Source: Cycas panzhihuaensis
Taxonomy: Eukaryota; Plantae; Cycadophyta
NCBI GenBank assembly: GCA_023213395.1
Contig: CM041465.1
Span: 251,851,741-251,915,740 of the forward strand
Direction: 5' to 3'
Length of the DNA: 64,000 nucleotides
Below are positions 1 to 12,984 of this stretch, one piece after another. The position numbers and the translations under genes were made by a program. Below the pieces are notes generated by a model. The model had not been told where the DNA came from and ran no database searches. It saw only the letters and a list, made by a program, of their open reading frames with translations. Each line of letters starts with the position of its first letter. Position 1 is the stretch's first letter.

Positions 1-224
1 GTAGAAATAAAACTAAAAATCATAAATCTTGCATCCAAATCAGATATAACGACTATAATAAATCAAATAGTACAAATAATAATACAGCTATCATAAATTA
101 ATCCCTCTAATCAAATAGGTCCCACACTAAATCTAATGATAACTCTATTGATACGATAGCAATAGCCATATTACCATAAGATTAACATTTTAACTTTTAA
201 TCAAAACCTCAATAAGGATAGTGT

Positions 225-521
225 TGAAAAGGGTTAATATCATAAGGTCATTATATTAGTTGATTGTTCATAAAAGGGTTTTAAGTGAACTTTAAATTAG
301 ATCACTTAAGTAAAATATACTTTTATGTGCATTATGTATAATTTCATTTCACCTAATTCTAGTGCTCCCTCTCTCAATATAAAAGTAAAAGCTCAATAGA
401 GGAGGCTCATTCTTACCTCTCAATTTTCTGAGAATTACTCCTTTTCTCTCAAGTCTTTCTTGCTCTCACATTTGCCTTTGTGTATAGTATATGAAGATAA
501 ATAATAGATCCACTTATTTCA
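225..521 (+). repeat. 5' LTR of copia A
   Basis: Direct repeat of 7434-7730; followed by the PBS. Confidence 0.93.
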
Positions 522-1080
522 TGTAGTATTAGAGCTTTATTCCTTCATATTCCTCATTTGTACTTGTAATGGAGCCATCACTTCCTTCTCCCCTACAATC
601 CACGTGGTGAAGGATATTCTGAAAGTAGATTTAGAAATATTTTTAAGTTTTTATCATAGCATACTTAGTATTATTTACTTTCCCTTTCTCTTTTATAGGT
701 TTAGAAGTAAAATATAAGGAGTTATAAGACCTAAGGATTCCACTCCTTTGGTATTATTTCTACATATCTCATTCTTCTTTTCTTTCCCATCTTTTTATCT
801 ATTTAATAAGGGGAAATACTGTCAAAATTTTTTTGACATTTAAAAGAATATTTATACAAGGATGTTCTACTCCTATTTTTTAAGAATTTGGAGCCATTTA
901 TAATATCCATTATTGTATTCTCTCACCTTGCCTATATTGAAATCCTAGTGATTAAAAATAGATGAAATTTTCATATGGTATCATGTGTTTATAAGATATT
1001 TACAAGTTAGATTTTTTGCAAAAATAAAATCTATTTGTTGAACTTCACAGGCTATTAAAAATTCTACAAAACTCCAATTA

Positions 1081-1390
1081 ACTTAATTCTAACTTCTAAA
1101 GATGCAGCTTTGAGTTTAGTTTTTAGTATAAAAATTGGCACCTAATTTTGTTATCTTATAAGAAAGTTATTGTTGTTTTAGTGAACAATAGTTATTTTTA
1201 GAAAGGATTTTAGAAAAATATATTTTGTCTACTTTGTAAGACTACCAAAAATTTTGCAAAATATATTTTGACTTAATTCTACTTCCTAAAGATGTGGCTC
1301 TGTGTCTAGTTTATAGCACAAAAACTAAAACTCAATTTCCTTATCTTGGGAGAAAGTTATTATTATTTTAGTGAATACTATTTTTTTGCT
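1081..1390 (+). repeat. ~190-bp period degenerate duplication in the leader of copia A
   Basis: acttaattct...aaagatg...ttatctt...agaaagttatt...ttttagtgaa occurs at 1081-1190 and again at 1271-1380. Confidence 0.75.
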
Positions 1391-2505
1391 AAAAAAATAA
1401 TAATAAAGAAAAATTCTTCATTTTTTTAAGGTTTCAAACCCTATTATAAAAGTTAGGGAAAACACCTAAATTAGAGCAATATCCGGTGCTCTCACCTCAC
1501 TTCTTAACATTTCATTTTAGCATTCTAAAAGCACTCCAAAAGTACTCCATTTTTAGTTATATATACATTTAATATAAATTCTATAAACTTTTCACTCTCC
1601 CTAAAAGGAATGCATCATATATATCATTTTTTGTCATCTTGTACCTATTCACACACTCGTCAAGGTTGAGATCCTTTGGTTGGTAGAATACCATGCTATA
1701 AAAGATGTGTGGGTTTTAAGTTGAGACTAGACTTAACTAAAATATTGGTGAGGTTTAGTTAACCATACTAGCATGCCTCAATCAGGAATCATCTTGATAA
1801 CCAACAGAGAAAACTAAGACTTTAATATAAGATTAAAATATACCTAGTCTAATATCCCTCATACCCATGGGTATGTATGTACCACTCTTTGGAGGAGGTA
1901 TATAGTTACTCATTGATGAATGAGGTGAGGATTGGGAGTGCTTGGGCTCTGTTATGACTTAGATTTTATCACCAAGCATAATTGTAGATATTGCGAGTGA
2001 AGGCCAATTTAATTCTATTAGAAACCTAATCATCCCTTCAGCAACTTCAACTACATATTGGATATAAGCTAAAGGTTATTAGGTTGAAGACACATCCTAT
2101 ATTTGAGTTCCAAAGTTGTGTACACCCAATGATGTCAACTTCCATATTGGCTTATAATCTTGTATATTGATTACTTACTTAGTTGTAAATAGTTATCCAT
2201 AGTACAATCACAATTATAGTGCTTATTATATTCCTACTACATTAGGTTAATATTTTCCATAAGTGTTGGTGGCCAATTTTTATCATAGTGCTTCTCATAT
2301 TCCTATTGTGTCAGGTTAATATTTATCAATGTTATTGATATTGCTCTAAGTTGCTCCCTTCATCTTTGAGTAACCATTTTTACTTCTTTATTCTTCCTTC
2401 TACTACATGACTTCATTACATCTCTCATTTATAAATAGTGATTAGTTATTTATTGTCATCATTTTCATAGTCTCTTGTTTATTTTTTACATTCTCTAAAG
2501 ACACC

Positions 2506-5500
2506 ATGTCTTCATAGTTGAAGCAACATATGAACTATATTCTTAAAGGAAAAGAAAATTGGGATATGTGGTTCATTGATGTCAAAAATGCTACAAAGTA
2601 TGAAAGTCTTTAAAGAGATCACCTACAATTTATACCAATTATTTCTACCACGCCTATCTTTAGAAGAACTCCTCCAACTCCCCCCATTGATGTTGTAGGT
2701 AAATGCTAATTGGAACTTGATGATAATAAAATTTATGTAGGGATACTTCTTGTCACTAATTATTCCCTGCATAACCTCATTGATGAAGTCGTATATCATA
2801 TAGCATGGAAAGTTATTGAAGTTCTTAAGAAAAACTTTGACACTAAATTAGACTTGGAATTTATTCACTTAATGCTAAAGATAAATAAATTAAAAATGCA
2901 GAAAGGACACATAAGTGAGATAATAAATCTCCTTTATCCCATCAAGAAAGGCATCAATAAAGACTTCAAGACTTAACACATTACATATGCTTTCTTGATT
3001 CAGTCATGTATCCATATCCCAGATTACAAAAATCTACTAGAAAGTCTTTAATCTAGTGGCACCTTGAAGACTTTAAACTTTGAGGATCTTATTGATAAGT
3101 TCATTGAATTTGATAAGACTTTTGATACCAACTTCGCCACTATATCAAATCCTATTGATGCTACTTTTGAAGTGGAATAAGATCTTTTTTATACCAAAAA
3201 TCAAGGTCAATCCTCTCACAGAGGTGGTAATTCCCACAGAAGAGGTAGTAATAAACAACAAAGATAACGTCCTCATGGTCAATAGCCTCCTTAACACTAA
3301 CAAAAATAGTCTCAAGACCAAGGCTAAAATAATCAACCTAGACCTAGATATAGCAATTAGAGATAATCTAACTAGCCCAATACTTCTTATAAGACTAAAA
3401 AATAAATAATTGTACACCAAAGGTATCCTAGAAAAGGACATTATGCCAAAAATTATAAAACTGCCACCAACAAACCACCAAGCTATCAATAGTTCCATGG
3501 TATACATAATGTTGTTGATATTTTTTTCGAAGATACTTTTGGTGGAATGCAATTTACTCATGCATACCTTCAAAGAATTGGGGCCACTTCATCAAATGTT
3601 ATTAACAAATCCACTAAGTATATTAAGGCTCATTATGGTTATACTTATTCACTTTTACCTTCACCACTTGGAGTTGCTAATAGTGCCATATAAATGCTTC
3701 ATCTTAGATCATGGATACTGGAGTAACATAACATATGACTTTCTTTCACTAATTCTTTTAGGATTTTGACTTTGAAGTTTGTGGTGTTATACACATGGCT
3801 GACAAATCATCTCAGTTAATCGAATGACTAGGAACTATTTGCCTGAAACTCCTAGGCCTTCTAGATTTTACCCTTGTTAATATTTTATGTATTCCTACTC
3901 TGAAGCAGAACCTACTCTTCTTATCCACCCTTGTCTCTCATAAATTTGATCTAAGTGTAACTGCAAATAATCAAACTCTCTGTGTCATTCACCCTCCTTC
4001 AAATATTGTCGTTATGATCAAAATTCTTGATGGTAAATGTTTTTTTCCTTACTAGCTCACCATCCTCTAAAGCCAACTATATTGATGATGACTCCATTTT
4101 TACCACAACCCTGACTCCTCAAAAGTTTCCCTAAGAGGCCCCATGGTATACTCATATGGGCCATATCAAAATTGATTATTTAAGAGAATGACATGCCGTT
4201 ATTTTTGGTATACCTAGGCTTTCCTTGAAGTGCTTTAAATGCAAAGTATGTATCATTGCCAAATCTCAAAGACAACCCTTTCCTCATAGTCAGTGGAAAT
4301 CTAACCAATTTATAACTTGTACACTCAGATATATGTGGTCCTATACCCATCCCTTCTCTCAAACAAAAGTAGTACTATATTACTTTCATTGATGATTTTA
4401 CTAAGAAAGTATAGGTTATTTTTCTTGCAAAGAAAGATGAAACCTTTTCTATGTTTTAAGCTTTTAAGGCTTATATAGAAAATGAATTAGGATTCAAGAT
4501 CAAAATACTCAAGATTGAAAATAGTGGCAAGTATACCTCTAATAAGTTTGAATCATACTTACGTCACTATGGGATTAAATATTAGACCACTATTGTAGGT
4601 ATACCCCAGCAAAATAGAGTTGACAAGTGCATAAATAGGACCATCATGAATATGGCTCATGTTATGCTAGTACATAAGAATATCCTTGTCTATCTTTAGG
4701 TTGAGGCTATCTAGATTATTGTGTATTGTATTAACATTGTTAGTCCCTCCAAGCTCAACGTCTTTTAGCTCTACTTGGTATGCTCATATTTTTGAGGAAC
4801 ACATAAACAAGCTCCAGAATAAAGCCCTTAAAGGTATCTTTATCGAATACCTTATGGACAAAAAGGAATACAAGGTTTCTCTACCTTCACAATGTAAAAC
4901 CATCATCACTATAGATGTTATCATTGCAAAGACTGGAGATTAATTGCTTAGACTTGACTCCAAGACTCCTTCATATCAATTTAATGATGATACTAAATTT
5001 GATATCTAGATTCTAAAAATTATAAAGGGAGATGCTCAACAATTGCTTAAAATCTTAGAATCTAACAATAGAGCCTCGGAGAATACAAGTTGTAACTCTT
5101 ATCTAATGTGTACACATCTAACACTATTATTTGAGAATAACCAAGTTGACAAAGGTAAAGCCATAGTAAAAGGACTACCTTCTCCAATATCAGTAGTTGG
5201 TCCATCTTCTCCAACATCATCAACTTCCTCTGTACCAAACATTTCATATGATTCTTTTCAAGATTAAAATGAAGACTAAGAGGCTGTAGAAATAAAAACC
5301 TCATTCCTAACTCGAGGTTTTCATGAAGCCTACAACTACATAAGGACATGCGACCAAATGAGGTAGGCAAAACTAACACTAGAAGTCCCCATAGACCAAG
5401 GATATATGAATCACTTTCCATTAAGCTTGAACTAATAGAATTATATTTTACTCTCAATGAAGAGCCCCTAAAGTACCAAGAAATTATAAAGCATGTAGCT

Positions 5501-6990
5501 TAGAGAAATGCCATGAATGAAGAGTACCAATCTCTTATCAAGAATAGTACATAGGAGCTCGTTAATCTACCACTTAGAAGAAAGGTAGTTCAAAACAAAT
5601 GGGTGTTCAAAAATAAGTATAAATTATATGGCACCCTAGAAAAACACAAGGTGAGCTTAGTAGCAAAAGGATTCACATAAAGAGAAGGCATCAACTACAC
5701 TCAAATCTTTGCTCCTATAATCAAGTGGCCTACAATTAGAACTCTTCTAGCCTTAGCTACTCAATAGGGTTGGAAAATCTACCAACTCGATGTTAAGACC
5801 ACATTTTTTAATGGGGACCTTAAAGAAGAAATTTACAAAGGTTAGCTAAAAGGATATGAGATTGTCAGTTAGGAGCATAAGATTTATAGGCTCATAAAGT
5901 CCTTATATAGCCTAAAACAAGCCCCTTGTACTTGGTTTACCAAGTTGTCTGAAAGAATAAGGTAACTTAGGTATGAAGTTTGCGATTATCAAGACATTAA
6001 TATAACATTATTCATCAAGCACTAAAAAGATAAAGACACTTACCTCTTAATCTTTATGGATGATATGCTAATAATGAGAAATAGTTAATAGGTAATTAGC
6101 TAGCTAAAGAAGGACCTTGTTAAAACTTTTGAATTATCTAACCTTGGGTTAATGAAATATTTTTTGGAAATTGAAGTAACTCAAAAAAATAGCAAAATCT
6201 TTCTCTCCTAAGAAAAATATATCGTTAATCTTGTGACAAAGTTTCAAATGAAAGATGCTTGACAAGTGGCTACACCTATGGAACCTAACGTTAAACTCTT
6301 AGGTTAATGGTGATACTAAGGAGGCAGACGTAATACTCTACAGGCAACTTGTAGGTAGTCTCACATATACTACTAATACAAGGCTAGATATTGCATACTC
6401 TATCAAAATTCTTGAAAGATTCGTGATAAATCCAAAGCAGAATCACTAGTAGGTTGTAGTATGAGTGTTGAGGTACCTAAAGACGACTAACAAATATGGT
6501 CTACTATATAAACCCAATGTAGAATTCAAACTTTATGCATACATAGACTCATACTTTTCCAGAGATAAAGACTTAGAAAGATCCATATCCAAGTATGTAA
6601 CATTTCTTAGAATAACACCAATATCATGGAGATTTAGATGATAAAAAAATAGTTGTAGACTCAATTACTGAAGCAGAATATATTGTTGCTTCTGAGATAA
6701 GCAAGGAGATGATATAGCTTAGAAAATTATTAAATATATTAAATGTCACTCAAAACAAGTTTTACTAGCCTACATGTGGATAATCAATCTACAATCCACA
6801 TGGCTAAAAATCCTATATTTCACAATCATACCAAGCATATAAGTACAAAAATCCATAGGATTAGAGAACTAGTTCATGATTGCATAATTCAACTAGAGTA
6901 CTAGCAGATCAAGTGGATGATATCTTTACCAAACTATTGCAGAGGGTGATGTTTGAATAGTTCTAAAGATAACTTGGCCTTAGGGCCTCT
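2506..6990 (+). pseudogene. Disrupted copia gag-pol of element A
   Basis: LKGKENWDMW gag start; integrase LVHSDICGP and YITFIDDFT (~4315-4400); RT KVSLVAKGF and LDVKTTFFNGDLKEEIY (~5650-5835); RNase H TKHI and DDIFTK (~6830-6935). Many stops and frameshifts. Confidence 0.88.
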
Positions 6991-7433
6991 ATCTCCAATT
7001 AATTGAAGGAGATGACAATATGACCATCATACTCTGTCTTATTCATGAAAAACCCTTATGGGTATGGAAGGACATGAGTAAGTCTCTACTCCATCACATT
7101 TATGAAAACCCCTTATGGGCGTGAAAGGATAAGGGTTGTACCATTTTAGAAACTCAGAACATGTGAAAATCTGAAAAGGCATGGGGATGACCAAACAATA
7201 TATGGAGACTTAATAGATTTCAGCTATAAAATTTATTGTACTGATTGGCTATCTAGCTTTATTCAAAGAGCCACTTGAGCTAGGTTAGTAGATTAGAAAG
7301 TACATAGGTTTTCTTCCCCATGAGGGTTTCCTACAAAAGTTTATAGTAGTTTGCTTTGTAAGAGGCTCAAATGAAAACCTCATAAGATAGAATAAAATAG
7401 GATGAAATGACCTTCTGTCATTAAGGAAGAGAT

Positions 7434-7730
7434 TGAAACGAGTTAATATCACAAGGTTGTTATATTAGTGGATTATTCCTAAAAGGGTCTTAAGTGAACT
7501 TTAAATTAGATCACTTAAGTAAAATATACTTTTATGTACATTATGTGTAATTTCATTTTACCTAACTCTAATGCTCACTCTCTAAATATAAAAGTAAAAA
7601 CTCAATTGAGAAGGCTCATTCTTATCTTTCCATTTTATGAGAGCTACTCTTTTTCTCTCAAGTCTCTCTTGGTCCCACATTTGCCTTTGTGTATAATACA
7701 TGGAGATGAAGGATAGATCCACTCCTTTCA
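7434..7730 (+). repeat. 3' LTR of copia A
   Basis: Direct repeat of 225-521; preceded by the PPT, followed by the TSD. Confidence 0.93.
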
Positions 7731-10700
7731 AGTGCATGAAGTTAGATTAGTAAATTAGAGTCATATTTTTCCGTTAATCTAATGTTAGTGAATAATCAAC
7801 TCATATTTACTTCTATTCATTTAGATAGGAAGGCATACCATTAGTTCTTATGGTAGAAGTGAGAATATCTAACAAGTCAATATTGGGCTCATTTCACTAC
7901 CAGTTTCTTTAAACAGTATGAGAATACATAGAACCAATCCTACTTCACATAATTAACAAGGTTAAAATAAGTATCATCCATAGAAGTGTATACATAGGAG
8001 TTTTAGTCTTTACATGGTCAAGTTGATAAGTAACTCGATAAGTAAACAGAGATCAATACGTATGTGTCTAGACTTAAAGAGTGTATTCAAATTCACCTTA
8101 AGACCTTGACTTTACAAACTTTATAGAATGCCATTAGCATGGCCAAAGTAGTAGAAGTAGAGTTTTCCATAGAAAGGTCTTCTTCTTATAAACAAGAATC
8201 TACATGGTTCCATTAATAGTGACAAGACGATTATCAATGACCACATATGCGGGTGCAAGATACTCAACACCTAACTATAGAACATGATCTAGAAGAGAAG
8301 TTATCAAAACCCATCTGAATCACTCAAGCTAAAGTACATCATCATTAGGAAGTTACCCTCTATGTACAATATGCAAAAAAATAGGCCACCAGTCATGGTA
8401 GATTTTCTAAGGCTAAGAAACTAGTATTCGTAATTAACCCTGACTTATCCCTAGAAGATGATTTTGATTCTAATCATGAAGTCGAAGAAGATTACCCTAC
8501 TGAAGATTTACCCTCCACTTTAAAACCTCCAATATCTTGATCCATTATTTCTTATACCTCATACCTTGAGCCACTCTACATTAAGGGAACACTTAGAAAG
8601 AGACCTATTACCATTCTACTTAATGGTGGTGTATCACTAAACTTCATTGATATATCCATTACCTAGTAGCTTAATCTATACACCAAACTAAAGATTAACT
8701 TTACCTATTTCACACCCTTCACTACATTGCAATAATAAAAAACCTCATTGTCTACATTAAATCATACACCCTGGACTCTAACTTCTATGCCTTATCCATT
8801 AGTGGGTTAGATGTAATTATAGATATACAGTGGCTCCAAACATTAAAAGCTTATAGAACCAATAACTCACCTACAAACTCATCTATCCTATTTAAGGACC
8901 ATATGGGTTAATCATATAAAATCTGTAGAATGTAGTTTACACTAAATAAACTAATTTTACTTAATAGGATGTATAGATAACTAAATGGTAATATGGAGTA
9001 TATAATTCATATCAATAATATATAAGCTCATATAGATATTTACCCTAATATTCAATAAGTATTAGATTAATATCAGTTAGTATTTATCACATTACTAGCT
9101 AGTCCTCTACTTGATCAAGGCTACTGCCACACCATTGAATTGAAATACTCATATGACCTCATTAGTCTTCGACCACACAAAAATTCATACTTTCAAAAAA
9201 AATGAAATTAAAAATATTACAAAGGAGTTATTAGATATAGTTCAATCCAGTAAGAGCCCATATGTTGCATTAATTATGTTAGTTCACAAAAAGGATGACT
9301 CATTTAGATTATATGTCAATTATCATGAACTAAATAAAATAACTATAAAAGATAAATTTCTTACACCAAGGATTGATGACATGCTAGATGAGATCCATGG
9401 TGCTACAATTTCTATTAAATTAAACCTATAATTAGGATATTACCATATCGTAATCCTACTAGAGAACCAACACAAAATGGCCTTCCAAACTCGCCATGGC
9501 TATTTTAAGTTCCAAGCTATATTATTTGGCCTATGTAATGCCCTAGCCACCTTCCAAGAATTAATAAATATGATATTTGCCCTATACCTCTAAAAATTTA
9601 TCATAGTCTTTTTTGATGAATTCTCATATACAGCCTAAATATGACTTTTTGCATAGGCCATCTAGAAATTGTTCTCTAAAGTTTAGCCACCAACAATTTA
9701 TATGCCAACCTCTCTAAATGTGAATTTGAAAAAATGGAATTATAATACTTAGGCCACATTATATCTTTTGCAAATATTTGGGTAGATTCAAATAAGATTA
9801 TAGTCATTACCAATTAGCCAGTCCTGAAAACCTTACCCAATTATGGTTCTTCTTAGGACTTACCAAACTTTATTGATAGTTCGTACAAAAGTATGTAGCC
9901 TTAGTAGAACCATTAACCAATTTGCTTAAGAAAGATTATTTCCCTTGGTCTCTAGTTACCAATAAGGCATTCACTTGCCTTAAGGAATTCATGACGACCA
10001 CCCCAATTTTGGCTACTTTAGACTTTCCTTACACATTTCAACTAGAATGTGATGCATCTAGATTTAGATTGGGTGTAGTCTTAATACAAGACCTTCATCC
10101 CATTACTTTTGAAAGTTGGAAAGTCAAGGAACATGAGTGCAAGTTATATACGTACCAAAAAGAAATGAAAGCAATTCTCCACATCATAGATAAATGATGG
10201 TAGTATCTACTTAGATCAAAGTTTACCATCCTCACTTACTACCATAGCCTTCACCACCTATTGGACTAGCCAATCTTATCAAAAGAATAGGATAAATAGG
10301 CTGATCAACTCCAGGTCTTTGATTTCATAATCAATTACAAAAAAGGAAAGGATAAGGTAGTAGTGAATACTCTTTCCCAACTACCCGCACCTATAATTGA
10401 TGACACCATTACCATTTGTCACCTAGTTGATTTATCCATTTATGCCATTTCGACTCTGTAGCCAACATGGATACGAGAAATGGATTTGGATATTTAATCC
10501 TAACCAAACTATGCACAATAGGCCAATAAGGTCCATACCCATAAGAATTGGCCCATCCATAACAACCTTTTATTATATCAAAATCACATATTTATACACC
10601 CAACATTAACTTTTATCCATAGGATTCTATGAGAATATCACTCCACTCTAGTAGGTGGTCACTCTTAGTTCAATAAGACAGATCATAAGATCCGTTCAGA

Positions 10701-10828
10701 CTTCTTTTAGCCATTTATGAAGGCATTTATTTCAAAATGTGATACTTACCAGCATAACAAAGGAGATACAAAACCTCAACTAGGTCTCCTACAACCTTTG
10801 AATATTCCACATAATAAGTGGTAAGATA

Positions 10829-11150
10829 TGTTGGAGCACGTGACACTAACTATCACAAGGAAGTCCTCTTCCCAAGTTATCCTAGGGCTTTTGGTGTAAT
10901 GACGACCCATGACAAGTGGTATCAGAGCAGCCAGGGTTCAAAATTGGTCCTATGTACCATGGTAATGCATCCCTACATATGTGAAGGGATTGGAGTTCCC
11001 ATCAAAGAACATTATGGTGGACATGCATGTTGTGTAGGTATAGCTGACTCCTCGTGATGAGGAAGTGTTGGAGCACATGACACTAACTATCACGAGGAAT
11101 GCCTCTTCCCAAACCACACTAGGGCTTTAGCATAACGATGACCCATGATA
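10829..11150 (+). mobile_element. TRIM (terminal-repeat retrotransposon in miniature), 322 bp
   Basis: 86/85-bp LTRs at 10829-10914 and 11066-11150; perfect PBS tggtatcagagc at 10917-10928; purine tract gaggaag before the 3' LTR; TSD agata (10824-10828/11151-11155). Inserted in the gypsy integrase. Confidence 0.93.
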
Positions 11151-12217
11151 AGATATTATTATGGATTTTATTGCAGGTTTACCTTTATCTACTAGGTATG
11201 ACTCAATGCTAATGGTCATTGATATGATAACAAAATATGCCCATTTTCTACCTGTACATACTACATATAAAACATTACATATTGTAGCCATTTACCTTTG
11301 AGCAGTATTCTACTTGTATTGGTTTCCATCAACTATTGTATGCAATTAGGGTCTTAAATTCACCAGTTCATTCTAGTAGGAACTATTCAAGGTCTTTGGA
11401 ACAGTATTTAAGATGAGTTTGGCTTATCACCCACAAACTGATAGTTAATTGGAGCTTTTAAACAAAACTTTAGAAACATACTTATGTTGTTTTGCATCTA
11501 ACCATCAATCTAGATAGATAGTATGGCTAGCCTTAGTAAAGTATTAGTATAACTCTTCTTAATATTCAGACATTGGGATGCCATCCTTTTGGCCTTGTAT
11601 AGGTATCCCTCACATTCTCACTACATATTAGACACAAATATCCTCACTGTTACAGTACAACAAAAATTATAGCATATGAACTAAATTCTTAGCACCCTTA
11701 AACAAAATTTATCCATGGCCCAAAATCAAATGGAATGATTAGCAAAACACCATCATTTAGATCACTCCTTCAAAATTAGTGATCTTGTGTTCCTTTAATT
11801 TTAACCATATAAGCAATAGTCCCTCCAACACTGAAAGAACCACAAGCTTATCCCTCAATATTATAGTCTGTACAAAGTCCTCAAATATATTAGTAAAGTT
11901 TCATACATCCTCGACCTTCCTTCTACCACTAAAATCCATTATGTTCTTCATGTTTCCTATCTTAAAAAGTATATTAGAGAAACCTAAGTTCCACAGGTAA
12001 ATGTACCAATCTTAAATGAAGAATAAATACTTATTATCCCTCTAAAATGTATCACGACTAGTAAATAATTCCATCTCTAAAATCGATCAGTTTCTAAATA
12101 TTTAATATAGTGGGTTGATTGTAGATTAGAAAAAGTTACTTGGGAATCAGTTGAGTTCATCAAGTAGCATCCTCATCTCAAATGCTTCAAGGACTCAACA
12201 TCTCAAGAAAGGTGACA

Positions 12218-12547
12218 TGTTACATGATTAGCATTACTAATCATGAGAAGCACTAACATGTGAAAAGACTCTAGATGGTTAAGTGTGATTAGTTATAAAA
12301 CTTTATGCATGGGCTACTAAGCCCTTTAATGAAATATAAGGCCACTTGGACCACTAATAGAATTATTTAGAAGGCATCCTCTTTTGTCTATTTAAGGGTA
12401 GCAAATTATAAAAGAAAGGTATCTTATCATTTTTACTCTTAAGAGAATAGTAATACGATACTCATTTGTTGTTCTGTTTATGCTCACTTGCACTCATTAT
12501 GTTCTTTTCATGTAATTTCAGTTTTGAAGATAATAAAAGTTTTTACA
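12218..12547 (+). repeat. Probable 3' LTR of the gypsy chromovirus
   Basis: Starts TGTTACA after gaaaggtgaca, contains TATTTAA and AATAAA, ends TTTTACA. The partner LTR is not in the window, so the end is approximate. Confidence 0.55.
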
Positions 12548-12629
12548 ATTCTCTTGATCTTCACTTATTGTTACTAATTTCCAAGGAAAAATATTGGAGG
12601 TCACACTCCACTCCTAATGCTCCTCAAGC

Positions 12630-12963
12630 TGATGGAGCTAGAGGAGTAGAGTAGGACATCATATCGATCGCATCTTGAGTACAACGGCACTTTCTGATAA
12701 ATGGTAGTGTTAATAAACACTAGGGAGGTATTCCCTTCCCTTAAATAGAGAATTTTGGGAAGGCATCGGGCAGCATCACCCTAGCTGCACAACAATTAAG
12801 ATAAGTTCAAAATATATTAAAGTGAATAACGATGATACGTACCTCAAGTGAGTGGTCAGTCCGGATGGCTGTTGAGCAGCTCAAGGTGCCCTAGGGGTCC
12901 TCAAAGGCGGCTTTGAGGGGCCCTAAGCACTTCGATGCACATACATTGGGATTATTCCCAACA
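12630..12963 (-). repeat. 3' LTR of copia B
   Basis: Direct repeat of 20727-21060; TG...CA termini; adjacent to the PPT. Confidence 0.95.
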
Positions 12964-12984
12964 TTCTCCCCCATAAGCCCAATG

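Larger units (their letters stand above)
225..7730 (+). mobile_element. Full-length degenerate Ty1/copia LTR retrotransposon (element A)
   Basis: 297-bp LTRs at 225-521 and 7434-7730 (TGAAA...TTTCA, ~37 mismatches by eye). TSD agtgt/agtgc (220-224/7731-7735). Degenerate tRNA-iMet PBS tagtattagagc at 524-535; PPT aaggaagaga ~7423-7432. Domain order INT-RT-RH. Confidence 0.93.
1..12547 (+). mobile_element. Degenerate Ty3/gypsy chromovirus (Reina-like); 5' end lies outside the window; interrupted by copia A and a TRIM
   Basis: Gag-like frame runs across the copia A insertion (1-219 joins 7736). It is followed by a protease region (~8600), RT (9153 ORF SPYVALIMLVHKKDDSFRLYVNYHELNKITIKDKF), RNase H (9922 ORF FQLECDASRFRLGVVLIQ), integrase (~10600-11900) and a chromodomain-like KYLI*WVDCRLEKVTWE at ~12095-12150, then a purine tract and TGTTACA. 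Domain order RT-RH-INT indicates gypsy. Confidence 0.85.

Noticed and set aside
3080-3769. ORFs 3080-3409, 3145-3573 and 3410-3769 as independent genes
   Set aside because: Off-frame or antisense shadows of the decayed low-complexity gag region of copia A.
10829-11150. TRIM as a Cassandra element carrying 5S rRNA sequence
   Set aside because: Only short matches to 5S (ggaagtcctc, tcccatca); no A-box/C-box core in the LTRs.
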